64,000 nt of DNA from a virus (IMGVR_UViG_3300031992_004563:96001-160000); one strand, 5' to 3'. Positions 34,090-43,895 are shown, counted from the stretch's first letter. The notes: generated by a model from the sequence alone, not told the origin. Made by a program: numbers and translations.

Positions 34090-34632
34090 ATGGATCAAAA
34101 TATATTAAATAACTTAAAGGATGGTGAACAAATTGTGGAAATGATTGAATGCACTCTTCATGATGAAAGTGTTATTAAAGCTATCATTTATACATGTCAT
34201 TTAAAAACAATAATTAAAGGGTTTTGGAAAACAGAAACTATAGAAAAACGTAGTTTTGATGAATATGAGTTTCCATTCTATTTTGCATCTAAAGAGTTTG
34301 CACAAGAGTTTGTAGAAAATATGGGAAATTTCCAAATATATTCTACAACTTACTGGGATGATAAAGATTATCCTTGTTATGCACTTAAACTTGCAAAATA
34401 TGATACACATTTAAAATATATGATGGTTGATAGTTTTAAATGGAAAAATAAACAACATTTTGATAATAAGTGTCAACTTCAAGAACGAGGTGTATGGGAT
34501 GGAATGGTAAATTCTGATGGGAGATATTATACTCTCATAGGAGAAAATCTAAATTATAAAGATATATTTAAATTTGAAAATATTGCAACAGAAACCAAAA
34601 AATCTTATGCATTTAAACTGGTAAAACAATAA
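34090..34632 (+). CDS. PFxFK family member 9 (subfamily B)
   Basis: ILNNLKDGE, FPFYFASKEFAQEF, GVWDG, FKLVK. Confidence 0.8.
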   Translation: MDQNILNNLKDGEQIVEMIECTLHDESVIKAIIYTCHLKTIIKGFWKTETIEKRSFDEYEFPFYFASKEFAQEFVENMGNFQIYSTTYWDDKDYPCYALKLAKYDTHLKYMMVDSFKWKNKQHFDNKCQLQERGVWDGMVNSDGRYYTLIGENLNYKDIFKFENIATETKKSYAFKLVKQ

Positions 34633-34635
34633 CTT

Positions 34636-34674
34636 CTATTTTTTAGAATCAATAAATTGTATTATTTTTGTATC
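34636..34674 (+). promoter_or_regulatory. Bacteroidota sigmaA-type promoter CTATTTTTTAGA-N15-TAnnTTTG
   Basis: Second copy of the motif. Confidence 0.7.
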
Positions 34675-34689
34675 GATTTTTAAAATAAA

Positions 34690-35220
34690 ATGGATAAACA
34701 GATATTAAATAGCTTAAATAAAGGTGAACACCTTGTAGAAATGCAAGAATATATATTGCAGAATCAAACTGTATATAAAGTAATTGTATATACATGCACA
34801 GGCAAAACCTTATTTAAAAATAGTAGAATTGACACATTTGAATTTCCATTTTATTTTAAAACTAAATTAATTGCAGAAGAGTTTTTAAAATATTGGGATG
34901 AATTATGGCTATCACATACTACATATTGGAATCATAGTAAAGATAATCACTGCTTCGGATTATATGCAAAAGACCATGATAATAATGTATATACATTAGT
35001 AGATGCATTTAAATTGGATGATGCCAATGCATATAATAATAAGTGTCAATTAACATATGATGGTGTATGGGATGGCACAATATGTAATGACGGAAGATAT
35101 TATACATATTCCCCACATAATTTTTATTTTACACGTATATTTAATTTAGAGAATATTGCTCAAAAAGTAAATAAAAATCCATATGTATTTAAAATGATAA
35201 AAGATTAGGTTCAAAACTGA
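34690..35220 (+). CDS. PFxFK family member 10 (subfamily B); TAG at 35206 read through to TGA
   Basis: FPFYFKTKLIAEEF, GVWDG; ends FKMIKD*VQN (compare FELIAQVQ in member 5). Confidence 0.8.
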
Positions 35221-35246
35221 AACTTTTACATTTATACGAATATAAT
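35220..35246 (+). promoter_or_regulatory. putative phage promoter AAACTTT-N14-TATAAT upstream of telA
   Basis: Recurrent motif. Confidence 0.6.
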
Positions 35247-35273
35247 TAATTAACAAACTAAAAATTAATAATT

Positions 35274-36521
35274 ATGGCAACAAAGAAAACAAAAAAGACA
35301 ACAACAGCTGAACCTGTAGTAGAACCTGTAGCAATGGAGGTTAATTACCAAGATTATCAAGATGTTCAATCTATTATGCCACACAGTTCAAAGGAGGAAA
35401 CTCTTGAGGGAGGCAATGGTGTAATTGTATCTAAGCAACGACTTGCTAATGCTGTCGGTTTTGATTATGATAAGCAGATTCAACTTTTGACACCTGCTCA
35501 ACGTAAGAATTATTTGGCAATGGCAAATGCTATTAATGTCAATGATCTTACAAGTATTCAGCAATATGGCGCTGATGTTTCTAAGACCATTGAGGATAAT
35601 GGTAATTCATTGTTGGAGGGTGTTCGTTCCAATAATAACAACAATGAGGCAAACCAACTTATTAATAATTTGTTGGCCGAGCTTAAGATGGTTGATATTG
35701 ATGATTTGCAATCTACTAAGATTAAACGAGTTCTTCGTAAGATTCCTGGATTGCGTAATTTGGTTATGACTGTTGATCGTGCCATGATTAAATATGATAC
35801 GATCAAAAATAATGTTGATCAAATTGCAATGCGCATTAAGCAACATAAAGTTATTGCGGCTCGTGACAATAATACTCTTCAAATTATTTTTGATAATAAT
35901 GTTGAGTATATTAAGGAGATTCGTGATCTTATTATTGCTGCAAAGCTTAAAGAACAGGAAGTTTTGAGTAATATTGATTATATGAAAGATCATCCTGATG
36001 AGTTCTCTCCTATCCAGGTACATGATGCACAGAATTTCCACAATGCATTGACAAAGCGTATTGCTGATATGCAAATTTCTGAATATATTTTCAATCAGAA
36101 TTTGTTCCAAATTCGTGCAATTCAACACAATAACATGTCTATCTCTGACCGTGCAGAGTCTATTGCAACTACTGTAATTCCTATTTGGAAAAATCAATTG
36201 GCATTGTCGGTTATTATGATTAACCAACAAGAAAATATTATGATGCAGCGTAAGGCTAATGAGACAACAAATAAGATTCTATTGCATAACTCTGAATTGA
36301 TGAAGGAGAATTCCATTGCAGCCGCTAAGGCTAATGAGGAGGCTATTGCTTCTCTTGAGACTCTTCAAAAGACAACCAAGGATCTTATTGATACCATTAC
36401 AGAGGTTAAGAAGATTCAAACAGAGGGTGCTAAAATGCGTCAGACCCTTGAGCACAATCTTGTTGAATATGGTACTCAACTTACCAATCAAATCAACCAG
36501 ATTGCGATTGATAAAAAGTAA
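35274..36521 (+). CDS. telA: toxic anion resistance protein TelA family
   Basis: IQQYGADV, DNNTL..IFD.N..Y, QIRAIQ.NN, IPIWKNQL, TNKIL..NSE.MK, ETLQKT...LIDTI.E. Confidence 0.88.
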   Translation: MATKKTKKTTTAEPVVEPVAMEVNYQDYQDVQSIMPHSSKEETLEGGNGVIVSKQRLANAVGFDYDKQIQLLTPAQRKNYLAMANAINVNDLTSIQQYGADVSKTIEDNGNSLLEGVRSNNNNNEANQLINNLLAELKMVDIDDLQSTKIKRVLRKIPGLRNLVMTVDRAMIKYDTIKNNVDQIAMRIKQHKVIAARDNNTLQIIFDNNVEYIKEIRDLIIAAKLKEQEVLSNIDYMKDHPDEFSPIQVHDAQNFHNALTKRIADMQISEYIFNQNLFQIRAIQHNNMSISDRAESIATTVIPIWKNQLALSVIMINQQENIMMQRKANETTNKILLHNSELMKENSIAAAKANEEAIASLETLQKTTKDLIDTITEVKKIQTEGAKMRQTLEHNLVEYGTQLTNQINQIAIDKK

Positions 36522-36535
36522 TATAAATTTGTTAA

Positions 36536-36925
36536 ATGTCAGTTACATATAAAGAAAGAGATATAACTGTGGCAGATACAACAAAAAATATTAAAACATA
36601 TCGGCTTGTGGAAATACCTATTAATGGAAATAGTATTTCCACACAGCCGGCATGTCCGCTTAAACCTCATCAAACATTTAATATTGGTGCACATTACAAA
36701 ATTGCTACTCGAATATTAGAAAAAATTTACGAGTGCAAAGCATATATTGATGTTATTGAGGAAAATCCAAATGAATGTTTGGATCTTGTTATTATGAAAC
36801 AAATTGCTGGTCCATATACAATTTCATGGCCATTAACAGAATCAGATTGTGAATTTCTTCATATTGATTATGAAAATGGTTTATTGGTTTTTCCGGCAAC
36901 TTATGATTTTAAATTAGTTAAATAA
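36536..36925 (+). CDS. hypothetical protein
   Basis: 129-aa ORF in operon packing. Confidence 0.7.
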   Translation: MSVTYKERDITVADTTKNIKTYRLVEIPINGNSISTQPACPLKPHQTFNIGAHYKIATRILEKIYECKAYIDVIEENPNECLDLVIMKQIAGPYTISWPLTESDCEFLHIDYENGLLVFPATYDFKLVK

Positions 36926-37452
36926 TGACAACAAATAATCACACATACGTAAAAATTATAAAGGATAACAAAACAAATTGTTATAATGTTATCCTTACAA
37001 AAACATATGATACAATATTCGGCCACAAAGAAAAGGTTGAAGAAATTCCATTCTGTTTTACAACATTAGATGGGGCAAAAGATTTTGTAAGTATTTTGCC
37101 ATCTAATATTAAAAAATGTTCACAAAAAACATATAAATGTGAACATTGCCATATATGTTATAAAGCATATGAAACATATGAGTTAACAGTTGGTGACTAT
37201 AAAATATATGTAAAATGGAATGAAACTTCCAAAAAAGATGGTATATTTTATCGTGAGACAAGAAAGCCATATAATAATATTGTATATGCATTTTATAGTC
37301 CAGTTGTTGGAAATAAAGTTGATGATAATTATGAATGGAATATGGAATATCCAACATTATCTGAATTGGTAAAAAAATTGAATGAACATAAAAGTGAGCG
37401 TGAGAAAAAGGAAGAGGTTGAAGAATATAATTATGAATTAGTATCACAATGA
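36925..37452 (+). CDS. PFxFK family member 11
   Basis: TYVKII, IFG, IPFCFTTLDGAKDF, NYELVS. Confidence 0.8.
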   Translation: MTTNNHTYVKIIKDNKTNCYNVILTKTYDTIFGHKEKVEEIPFCFTTLDGAKDFVSILPSNIKKCSQKTYKCEHCHICYKAYETYELTVGDYKIYVKWNETSKKDGIFYRETRKPYNNIVYAFYSPVVGNKVDDNYEWNMEYPTLSELVKKLNEHKSEREKKEEVEEYNYELVSQ

Positions 37453-38201
37453 AAATAATTGAAAAACGAAATATTGATACTCCGCTTTTAAGCATTGAGT
37501 CTTTTGGTGTTCATTGGAAGCCCAATGGCTGGGGTACTAATGATAATTACACAAAATATTTTGTGGCAAGTTTAGACTTTAATGTTAAAAAATTATTTGG
37601 AAGCTATAATAAGCAAATTTATATTCCAATATTGTTTTTTGATGAAAATGAAATTAAATCTATAATGGCACATTATAGTGATATATATTTCATTTTAAGA
37701 TTTAAATATAGTTATAGCGATACACATTATTCGGATTTATATCATATTTCAAATATTGTTGATATTGAAAAAATCTATAAAAAGGAATTAAATAGTTTTT
37801 TAAATGGTGAAACACATCATACAACAGAATATGGCATAGATTTTATTGTACGAGACTATAAAGGATATGATATTGTATTAAATACACAATTTACTTCTCA
37901 TGGATATGTCGATAATGTTGGATTACCTGAAATTGAAACAATATGCGCAATAGATGGGTATAATCTAATAGAAGGAACATGTTTATCACAAATTGAGAAG
38001 AATTATAAAAAATTTCCGCAATTAACATCTTATTCAATAAAACAAACAAATTCTGATACATATCATTCAATATATAATATTGACAAATTTGACAAAATGT
38101 TGAAATATATTGATAAAAAGGATGAAGAAAGACAAGAGCGTGAAAAGAAATTAGAAACAATGTATTCAAAGAAAACATTTAAACTTGTTGAAGATTTATA
38201 A
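37449..38201 (+). CDS. divergent PFxFK family member 12
   Basis: KKLFG...IPILF, C-terminal TFKLVED. Confidence 0.65.
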   Translation: MKIIEKRNIDTPLLSIESFGVHWKPNGWGTNDNYTKYFVASLDFNVKKLFGSYNKQIYIPILFFDENEIKSIMAHYSDIYFILRFKYSYSDTHYSDLYHISNIVDIEKIYKKELNSFLNGETHHTTEYGIDFIVRDYKGYDIVLNTQFTSHGYVDNVGLPEIETICAIDGYNLIEGTCLSQIEKNYKKFPQLTSYSIKQTNSDTYHSIYNIDKFDKMLKYIDKKDEERQEREKKLETMYSKKTFKLVEDL

Positions 38202-38216
38202 TTATAATATTAATAT

Positions 38217-38627
38217 ATGAAATCAAAAGAACAAATTTTATCAACATTTAAAAAGAATTATAAACCATGTTTTTTATTAGCATGGTTACGTTTTTTGTCA
38301 TATGATGAAATGAAACAAATTGATTTATTAGAACCTTATGATGCGGCTTTAAGTGCAAAACAGGTTAAATCAAGTAAGGACTGGGACAATCTGGTTATTC
38401 AATATGATAATCAAAATCTATTATATGGATTATGTATATTGATGAGAAAGTTATTTAATGCGATTGTTGATGAAAATTGGACGATGGGAAGTGTTTATGC
38501 GAATGATGTTAAAACGTGGCTAAACATTTTAGATGATAATGAATTTAATATTGATAGTTCGTTATGCTCAACCAAAATTATAAACTATTATAAAAAGGTT
38601 GCACAAAAATATAAAATTGACCTATAA
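38217..38627 (+). CDS. hypothetical protein
   Basis: 136-aa ORF. Confidence 0.7.
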   Translation: MKSKEQILSTFKKNYKPCFLLAWLRFLSYDEMKQIDLLEPYDAALSAKQVKSSKDWDNLVIQYDNQNLLYGLCILMRKLFNAIVDENWTMGSVYANDVKTWLNILDDNEFNIDSSLCSTKIINYYKKVAQKYKIDL

Positions 38628-38633
38628 TTAATT

Positions 38634-38957
38634 ATGAATAACGATAATAATGAATCAACAGGAAATCCTGAATTTGAAAAATGGGCTAATAAATTAGAAC
38701 ATATGTCAGATAAAGAAATTTCTTATGAGATTTATCAACGAATTATGTCAAGTAATGAAATTGATCAAGAATCTCTTAAATTATTTTCAATGGCATATGA
38801 GTATTGCATGAAATTAATTAATCAAGGAAAAAATCTTGAGCCAAATCTTTTAAAAATCTATCTTGAAGATGTTAAGGGGCAAGATATAACTCAAATTAAT
38901 TTGATTAATTTATTTGCATTATTGGCAATTTGTGGAATAAACTTTAGTAAAGCTTAA
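38634..38957 (+). CDS. hypothetical protein
   Basis: 107-aa ORF. Confidence 0.7.
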   Translation: MNNDNNESTGNPEFEKWANKLEHMSDKEISYEIYQRIMSSNEIDQESLKLFSMAYEYCMKLINQGKNLEPNLLKIYLEDVKGQDITQINLINLFALLAICGINFSKA

Positions 38958-38959
38958 AT

Positions 38960-39925
38960 ATGGAAAACGAAATTAAAGAATGGTTAAAAGAAAATAAAGT
39001 ATGTATAGTGACAAATAGTTTATCATCTGTGCCTGGATCTTTATTTTTGCATTCATTAAAAACATATGTTAATTATATTCCTGAAGATAACTTTATGCTT
39101 ATTCCAGGAATGGATGATAGTGGAAAACCTATTTATGGGTTAACTGCATTTATTAGAATGATTAATGTAATGATATCTCAACAGTATTCAGATGTTTTTG
39201 ATTATATCATTTATATTGATGAAGATTGTTTTATTAAAAGGTTTGATTTACTTATAGAAGAATTCAAAAAATTTATAAATGGAAATTATTGTTTAGGAGG
39301 ATTGGCTGATGGTGGAATAATTTGTCATCGCAATCAATCAAGATTTTTAATAAACACATTTTTGAGTTTTTGGAATATTAAAGCTATAAGAGAAAATTAT
39401 GAAATTTTTGGTAGATGGTATCATGATTTATCATATGCTGTAAAACCATATAAAGCATTTATTGAAAAACTTCAAAAAGAAAATGATGGTGAGCTTTATA
39501 ATGTAATGGATAAATTGTCAAAAAATATAATTAGAAAAACAACTGATTATAGAATTACCAATTTTAAACATGATCCACCACATGCAAACACAATAAAGAA
39601 TGATCCATCAAATACATATGAGCCTCAACAAGTTCCTTATTCATTTAAAGGATGTCCTGATAAAAACATGGAACCTTATTATTTAGTTGAAGAGGCTATT
39701 GTTCTTTCAACTAAACAACCTATATATTATTTGTATGGTTCAGACTTATATACTAATGAAGAAACAACAATGGATAATTCTGGTATAACAACTGTTGTTA
39801 TGGGCGAGAATAATGAACATATTGCATATCATACATGGTATGCCAGATATTATAAACCATTTACAAACATAGAAGAAATTAAAAAACATGTAGATAGAAT
39901 TAAGTCAGTTATGACAAGTATATGA
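38960..39925 (+). CDS. putative glycosyltransferase (GT-A-like)
   Basis: DYIIYIDEDCF (DxD) and C-terminal HTWYAR. Confidence 0.55.
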   Translation: MENEIKEWLKENKVCIVTNSLSSVPGSLFLHSLKTYVNYIPEDNFMLIPGMDDSGKPIYGLTAFIRMINVMISQQYSDVFDYIIYIDEDCFIKRFDLLIEEFKKFINGNYCLGGLADGGIICHRNQSRFLINTFLSFWNIKAIRENYEIFGRWYHDLSYAVKPYKAFIEKLQKENDGELYNVMDKLSKNIIRKTTDYRITNFKHDPPHANTIKNDPSNTYEPQQVPYSFKGCPDKNMEPYYLVEEAIVLSTKQPIYYLYGSDLYTNEETTMDNSGITTVVMGENNEHIAYHTWYARYYKPFTNIEEIKKHVDRIKSVMTSI

Positions 39926-40016
39926 CAATATATGACAAATTGACATATATTTAATGTCAAAATATGACAAAATATAATTAAAATGAACAAAGTTGCAGTT
40001 TGGCACACTTTTTGTA
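39910..40016 (+). promoter_or_regulatory. sigma54-like -24/-12 promoter with an upstream TGACA repeat cluster
   Basis: TTGGCACACTTTTTGT at 40000-40015 (GG-N10-GT); five TGACA and one TGTCA at 39910-39970. Confidence 0.6.
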
Positions 40017-40058
40017 ATATTATTAATAGGAAAATTAAAAAAATAAAAATCTATTAGT

Positions 40059-40616
40059 ATGAAAAAGGTTAATGAAATGACAAATGCTGAATTAAAGCAA
40101 AACATTGAATTTATGGAAAATATTGATTCTCCAGAAGCAAAAAAACTTACTGAAGAATTTCGTAAAGAACTCGAAAAACGTGAAGCAGAGGCTGAAGCAA
40201 AACGTAAAGCTGAAGAAGCTAAAAAAGCTGAAGAAAATGCGAAGCGTGAAGCAGAGGCTTTAGACAAAGAACTTGGAATGTTCGAGGCACAAAAAGGTGT
40301 TATTGGTAAATGCTATAAGAAAGTATTTTATGATACTAATTATTTGAAGCCAACTATTCATTATACAGTTTACTACAAAGTGGTAGGTGTATATGAGGAT
40401 AAAGCAATTGTATCATTTATTAAGAAATTTGAATATTCTGATATGGTAAGCAAAGCAATTACCTATATTGATATTAAAGATTTGCTTGATAAAAATGAGC
40501 ATTATGAAATAATTCCTCTTAAAGATTATAATGCTGAATATGCAAAAACTAAATTATCATTTGATAGTTTGGCAGATGTATTTAATAAAATTTTTAAAGA
40601 CAGTTTGTTCTTTTAA
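40059..40616 (+). CDS. hypothetical protein with an E/K/A-rich helix
   Basis: 185-aa ORF; first gene of the dnaK unit. Confidence 0.75.
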   Translation: MKKVNEMTNAELKQNIEFMENIDSPEAKKLTEEFRKELEKREAEAEAKRKAEEAKKAEENAKREAEALDKELGMFEAQKGVIGKCYKKVFYDTNYLKPTIHYTVYYKVVGVYEDKAIVSFIKKFEYSDMVSKAITYIDIKDLLDKNEHYEIIPLKDYNAEYAKTKLSFDSLADVFNKIFKDSLFF

Positions 40617-40656
40617 TTAACACTAGAAAAATTAACATTTAAAAATAATATAAGTT

Positions 40657-42588
40657 ATGACAGAAAAAGTAATTGGAATCGATTTAGGAACTGGTAACAG
40701 TTGTGTAGCAGTTATGGAAGGTGGTAAACCTACAGTTATTGCAAACTCTGAGGGTAGTCGTACAACCCCATCTGTAATTTATATTGATGGAGAAAACCGT
40801 GAGGTTGGTGGTGGTGCAAAACGTCGTATGACAATGAAGCCTAAGAACACAGTTTCATTTATTAAACGTTTTATGGGTGCTAACTATTCTGACACTGATG
40901 TTCAGAAGATGCTTAAACAAATTTCTTATGACGTAGTTGATAAGAATGGTAAGCCTTATATTAAAATTGATGGACGTGAGTATTCTCCTGAAGAAATCTC
41001 TTCTTATACTCTTGCAAAGATGAAGAAGACTGCGGAGGATTATTATGGCACAGAAGTAAAGAAAGCTATTATCACTGTGCCTGCATGGTTTAATGACTCA
41101 CAACGTCAAGCAACTAAGTTGGCAGGTGAACTTGCAGGTCTTGAGGTTCTTCGTATTATTAATGAGCCTACCGCTGCTATTCTTTCATCTGAAATCAAAG
41201 TTGATGAAAATCATGATAAGAATATTGCAGTGTTTGACTATGGTTGCGGTACAGTAGATATTTCTGTAGCGAATGTATCAATGGTTGATGGCCAGCTTCT
41301 TGTTGAGATTAAAGCAAGTTATGGTAATGTATTCCTTGGTGGTCAAAATTATGATAACGCCATTGTTGAATGGATGTGTGAAGAATTTAAAAAGGATCAT
41401 GCAGGTATGGACCTTAAGAAAGATCCAATGGCATATTCTCGTTTGCAAGAGGCTGCTGAAAAAGCAAAATGCGAACTTTCTTCAACAACTACAACCGATA
41501 TTAATTTGCCTTATATCACAGTAGTTGATAATGTTCCTCAACACTTAACACTTACTCTTACACGAGCAAAATTTGAACAACTTACAGCTGATTTAACAAA
41601 TGATGCTATTGAATGTACTCGTAAGGCAATTCAAAAAGCCGGTCTTTCTGCATCCGATATTGATGAGATTCTTTTGGTAGGTGGTTCAACTCGTATGATT
41701 TCTGTTCAAGAAGCATTAACTAAGGCATTTAATGTTCCTTTGGATAAATCTGCTAATCCTGATGAGGCTGTTGCACTTGGTGCAGTTATTCAAGCTAATA
41801 TTCTTGTAGGTGGTGATAGTGCAAAGGATTTGCTTCTTTTGGATGTAACTCCTATTTCTACTGGTATTGAGGTAGAGGGTCAAATCATGAATGTAATGAT
41901 TGAGGCTAATACCACAATTCCTACAAGTAAGAAACAAGTATATACTACCGCAGTAGATAATCAACCAAGTGTATCAATTCGTGTATTCCAAGGTGAACGT
42001 CAATTCACTCGTGATAATAAACTTATTGGTAACTTTGAGTTGGGTGGAATTCTTCCTGCAAAACGCGGTGTTCCTCAAATTGAAGTAACATTTGATATTG
42101 ATGCAAATGGTGTACTCAATGTATCTGCAAAGGATCTTGGAACCGGTAAGGCTAATTCCATTAAGATCACAGGTTCAAACAATCTTTCTAAGGAAGAGAT
42201 TGAACGCATTAAAGCAGATGCAGAGAAATTTAAGGAGCAGGATGCTAAGGCAAAAGAGGAAGTTGATAAGTTGAATGGTGCAGAGTCATTTGCATATCAA
42301 ATGAAGAATATGTGTGATGATGAGCAAATGAAAGATAAACTTACTGAAGATCAAAAGACTCAAATTAATAAAGATGCAGATGAGATTCTTGAGGCTGTTA
42401 AAGCAAAGGATCTTACAAAGGCAACAAATCTTCAAGAGTCTTTGCAGAAATATGTTCAAGATATTTCTTCTAAGCTTTATGAGAGTCAACAACCTCAAAA
42501 TGAGCAAGCACAACCTCAAACTGATACTCAATCTTCAACTGATAACAAACCAGAGGCTGAAGATGTAACATTTGAGGAAGTTAAGTAA
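40657..42588 (+). CDS. dnaK: chaperone DnaK (Hsp70)
   Basis: IGIDLGT, EG.RTTPS, TVPAWFND.QRQATK.AG, NEPTAA, LLLDVTP, RGVPQIEVTFDIDANG, FEEVK. Confidence 0.98.
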   Translation: MTEKVIGIDLGTGNSCVAVMEGGKPTVIANSEGSRTTPSVIYIDGENREVGGGAKRRMTMKPKNTVSFIKRFMGANYSDTDVQKMLKQISYDVVDKNGKPYIKIDGREYSPEEISSYTLAKMKKTAEDYYGTEVKKAIITVPAWFNDSQRQATKLAGELAGLEVLRIINEPTAAILSSEIKVDENHDKNIAVFDYGCGTVDISVANVSMVDGQLLVEIKASYGNVFLGGQNYDNAIVEWMCEEFKKDHAGMDLKKDPMAYSRLQEAAEKAKCELSSTTTTDINLPYITVVDNVPQHLTLTLTRAKFEQLTADLTNDAIECTRKAIQKAGLSASDIDEILLVGGSTRMISVQEALTKAFNVPLDKSANPDEAVALGAVIQANILVGGDSAKDLLLLDVTPISTGIEVEGQIMNVMIEANTTIPTSKKQVYTTAVDNQPSVSIRVFQGERQFTRDNKLIGNFELGGILPAKRGVPQIEVTFDIDANGVLNVSAKDLGTGKANSIKITGSNNLSKEEIERIKADAEKFKEQDAKAKEEVDKLNGAESFAYQMKNMCDDEQMKDKLTEDQKTQINKDADEILEAVKAKDLTKATNLQESLQKYVQDISSKLYESQQPQNEQAQPQTDTQSSTDNKPEAEDVTFEEVK

Positions 42589-42611
42589 AAATCATAACTT
42601 AACATATATAA

Positions 42612-42650
42612 AGAAAAGAGATTCCTAATTTATATAGGAGTCTCTTTTTT
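42612..42650 (+). terminator. intrinsic terminator after dnaK
   Basis: aaaagagattccta...taggagtctctttttt. Confidence 0.75.
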
Positions 42651-42682
42651 GATATAAATATAAAAATGATTTAAAAATAATA

Positions 42683-42997
42683 ATGGAAAAAGGAAAAATA
42701 ACACCTAAAAATCTTTATAATGATGATGAAGATTTATTGGAACATAATTGGGATATCATTACAGATTCAATCTATAATCTTTTGAAATATAAAAATATAG
42801 AAAATAATGCAGGTTTTTCTGATGATGAATTAAGAGGATATGCAGGTGATATATTTACAGATTATAGAGAATCTCATGAAATATATGATTTTGAATATGA
42901 TAGGCTTGATAAACTTCAAAAACATATTGAAGAACATATTTACGATATTCCTTGGAATCCTGAACCATTAGAGGATATGAAAAAACTATTTAAATAA
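42683..42997 (+). CDS. hypothetical protein
   Basis: 104-aa ORF preceded by TATAAATA. Confidence 0.7.
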   Translation: MEKGKITPKNLYNDDEDLLEHNWDIITDSIYNLLKYKNIENNAGFSDDELRGYAGDIFTDYRESHEIYDFEYDRLDKLQKHIEEHIYDIPWNPEPLEDMKKLFK

Positions 42998-43004
42998 TAA
43001 TTTT

Positions 43005-43040
43005 GAGAGATATATTCATGTGAATATATCTCTTATTTTT
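43005..43040 (+). terminator. hairpin/terminator
   Basis: agagatatattca-tg-tgaatatatctct followed by T-rich tail. Confidence 0.65.
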
Positions 43041-43069
43041 AATAAATATAATGGATTAATAAGATATTT

Positions 43070-43891
43070 ATGAAATAGATAAGTAAACAAATATTAGAGG
43101 CTATAAATAGAGGCATTTAGCTTGCATTAGATAATTATCAAGATGATGAACAAATTGGTTCTATATATCAACATAATGATATCATAGATAGTGAAGATGT
43201 TATTAAATAGAAATATGATTTAATGAAGGAAGTTGTTGATTTAGATCTTCCATCAGGAACTTTATGGTGTAAATTTAATTTAGGGGTTAACTAGAATTAG
43301 TTATCTAAAGCTGAAAATTGGTATGGTGGTTATTATGCATGGGGAGAATTGGAAGCAAATAAATCAATATATGATTGGGATCATTATAAATTTGGAAAAT
43401 ATTAGGATAAATTAATTAAATATTGTAATGATCCTGACTATGGTTTAAATGGTTTTACTGATAATTTATCTGAATTATTGCCAGAAGATGATGCTGCTTA
43501 TCAAAATAAAAAATTTTATAATTTTAAATTTCATATTCCAACTAAAGAATAGTGTGAAGAATTATTGAAATATACTAATAAGTATTGGGTTAATAATTAT
43601 AATCCTAATAAAATTATTCATAATCCAAAAGATGATGAAGGAATTCAAGGTTTAAATGGTAGAGTCTTTGAAGGACGAAATGGAAATATAATATTTGTTC
43701 CCACAGCTGGCTATCATTACGGTTCTAATACCAACGGTGTTGGTTCTATCTGTTACTTGTGGTCTTCAAGTCTTTACTTAGATTACCCTTACGATGCTTA
43801 CTACCTGGACTTCCATTCCCATGATATTGACATTGATGGCAACATTCGTTGCTATGGTTTTTCTATTCGTCCAGTAATAAATTTAAGATAA
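43070..43891 (+). CDS. leader module + DUF1566/Fib_succ-like lectin fold; candidate DGR target (273 aa, TAG-recoded)
   Basis: MK*ISKQILEAINRGI*LALDNYQD; VDLDLPSGTLWCKFNLG; YYAWGE; C-terminal AG...LWSSS...AY.L.F...R.YGFSIRPV. Confidence 0.88.
43706..43876 (+). other. putative DGR variable region (VR)
   Basis: About 57 codons almost all ending in T/C, 18 in C (TAC, AAC, GAC, ACC, ATC, TGC), unlike the rest of the gene; matches AAY-derived mutagenesis pattern. Confidence 0.65.
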
Positions 43892-43895
43892 AATT

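Noticed and set aside
35527-36552. Multiple overlapping alternative-frame and antisense ORFs in telA (likewise in dnaK, clpX, dnaJ)
   Set aside because: Shadow ORFs arising from codon bias, with no motifs or start context.
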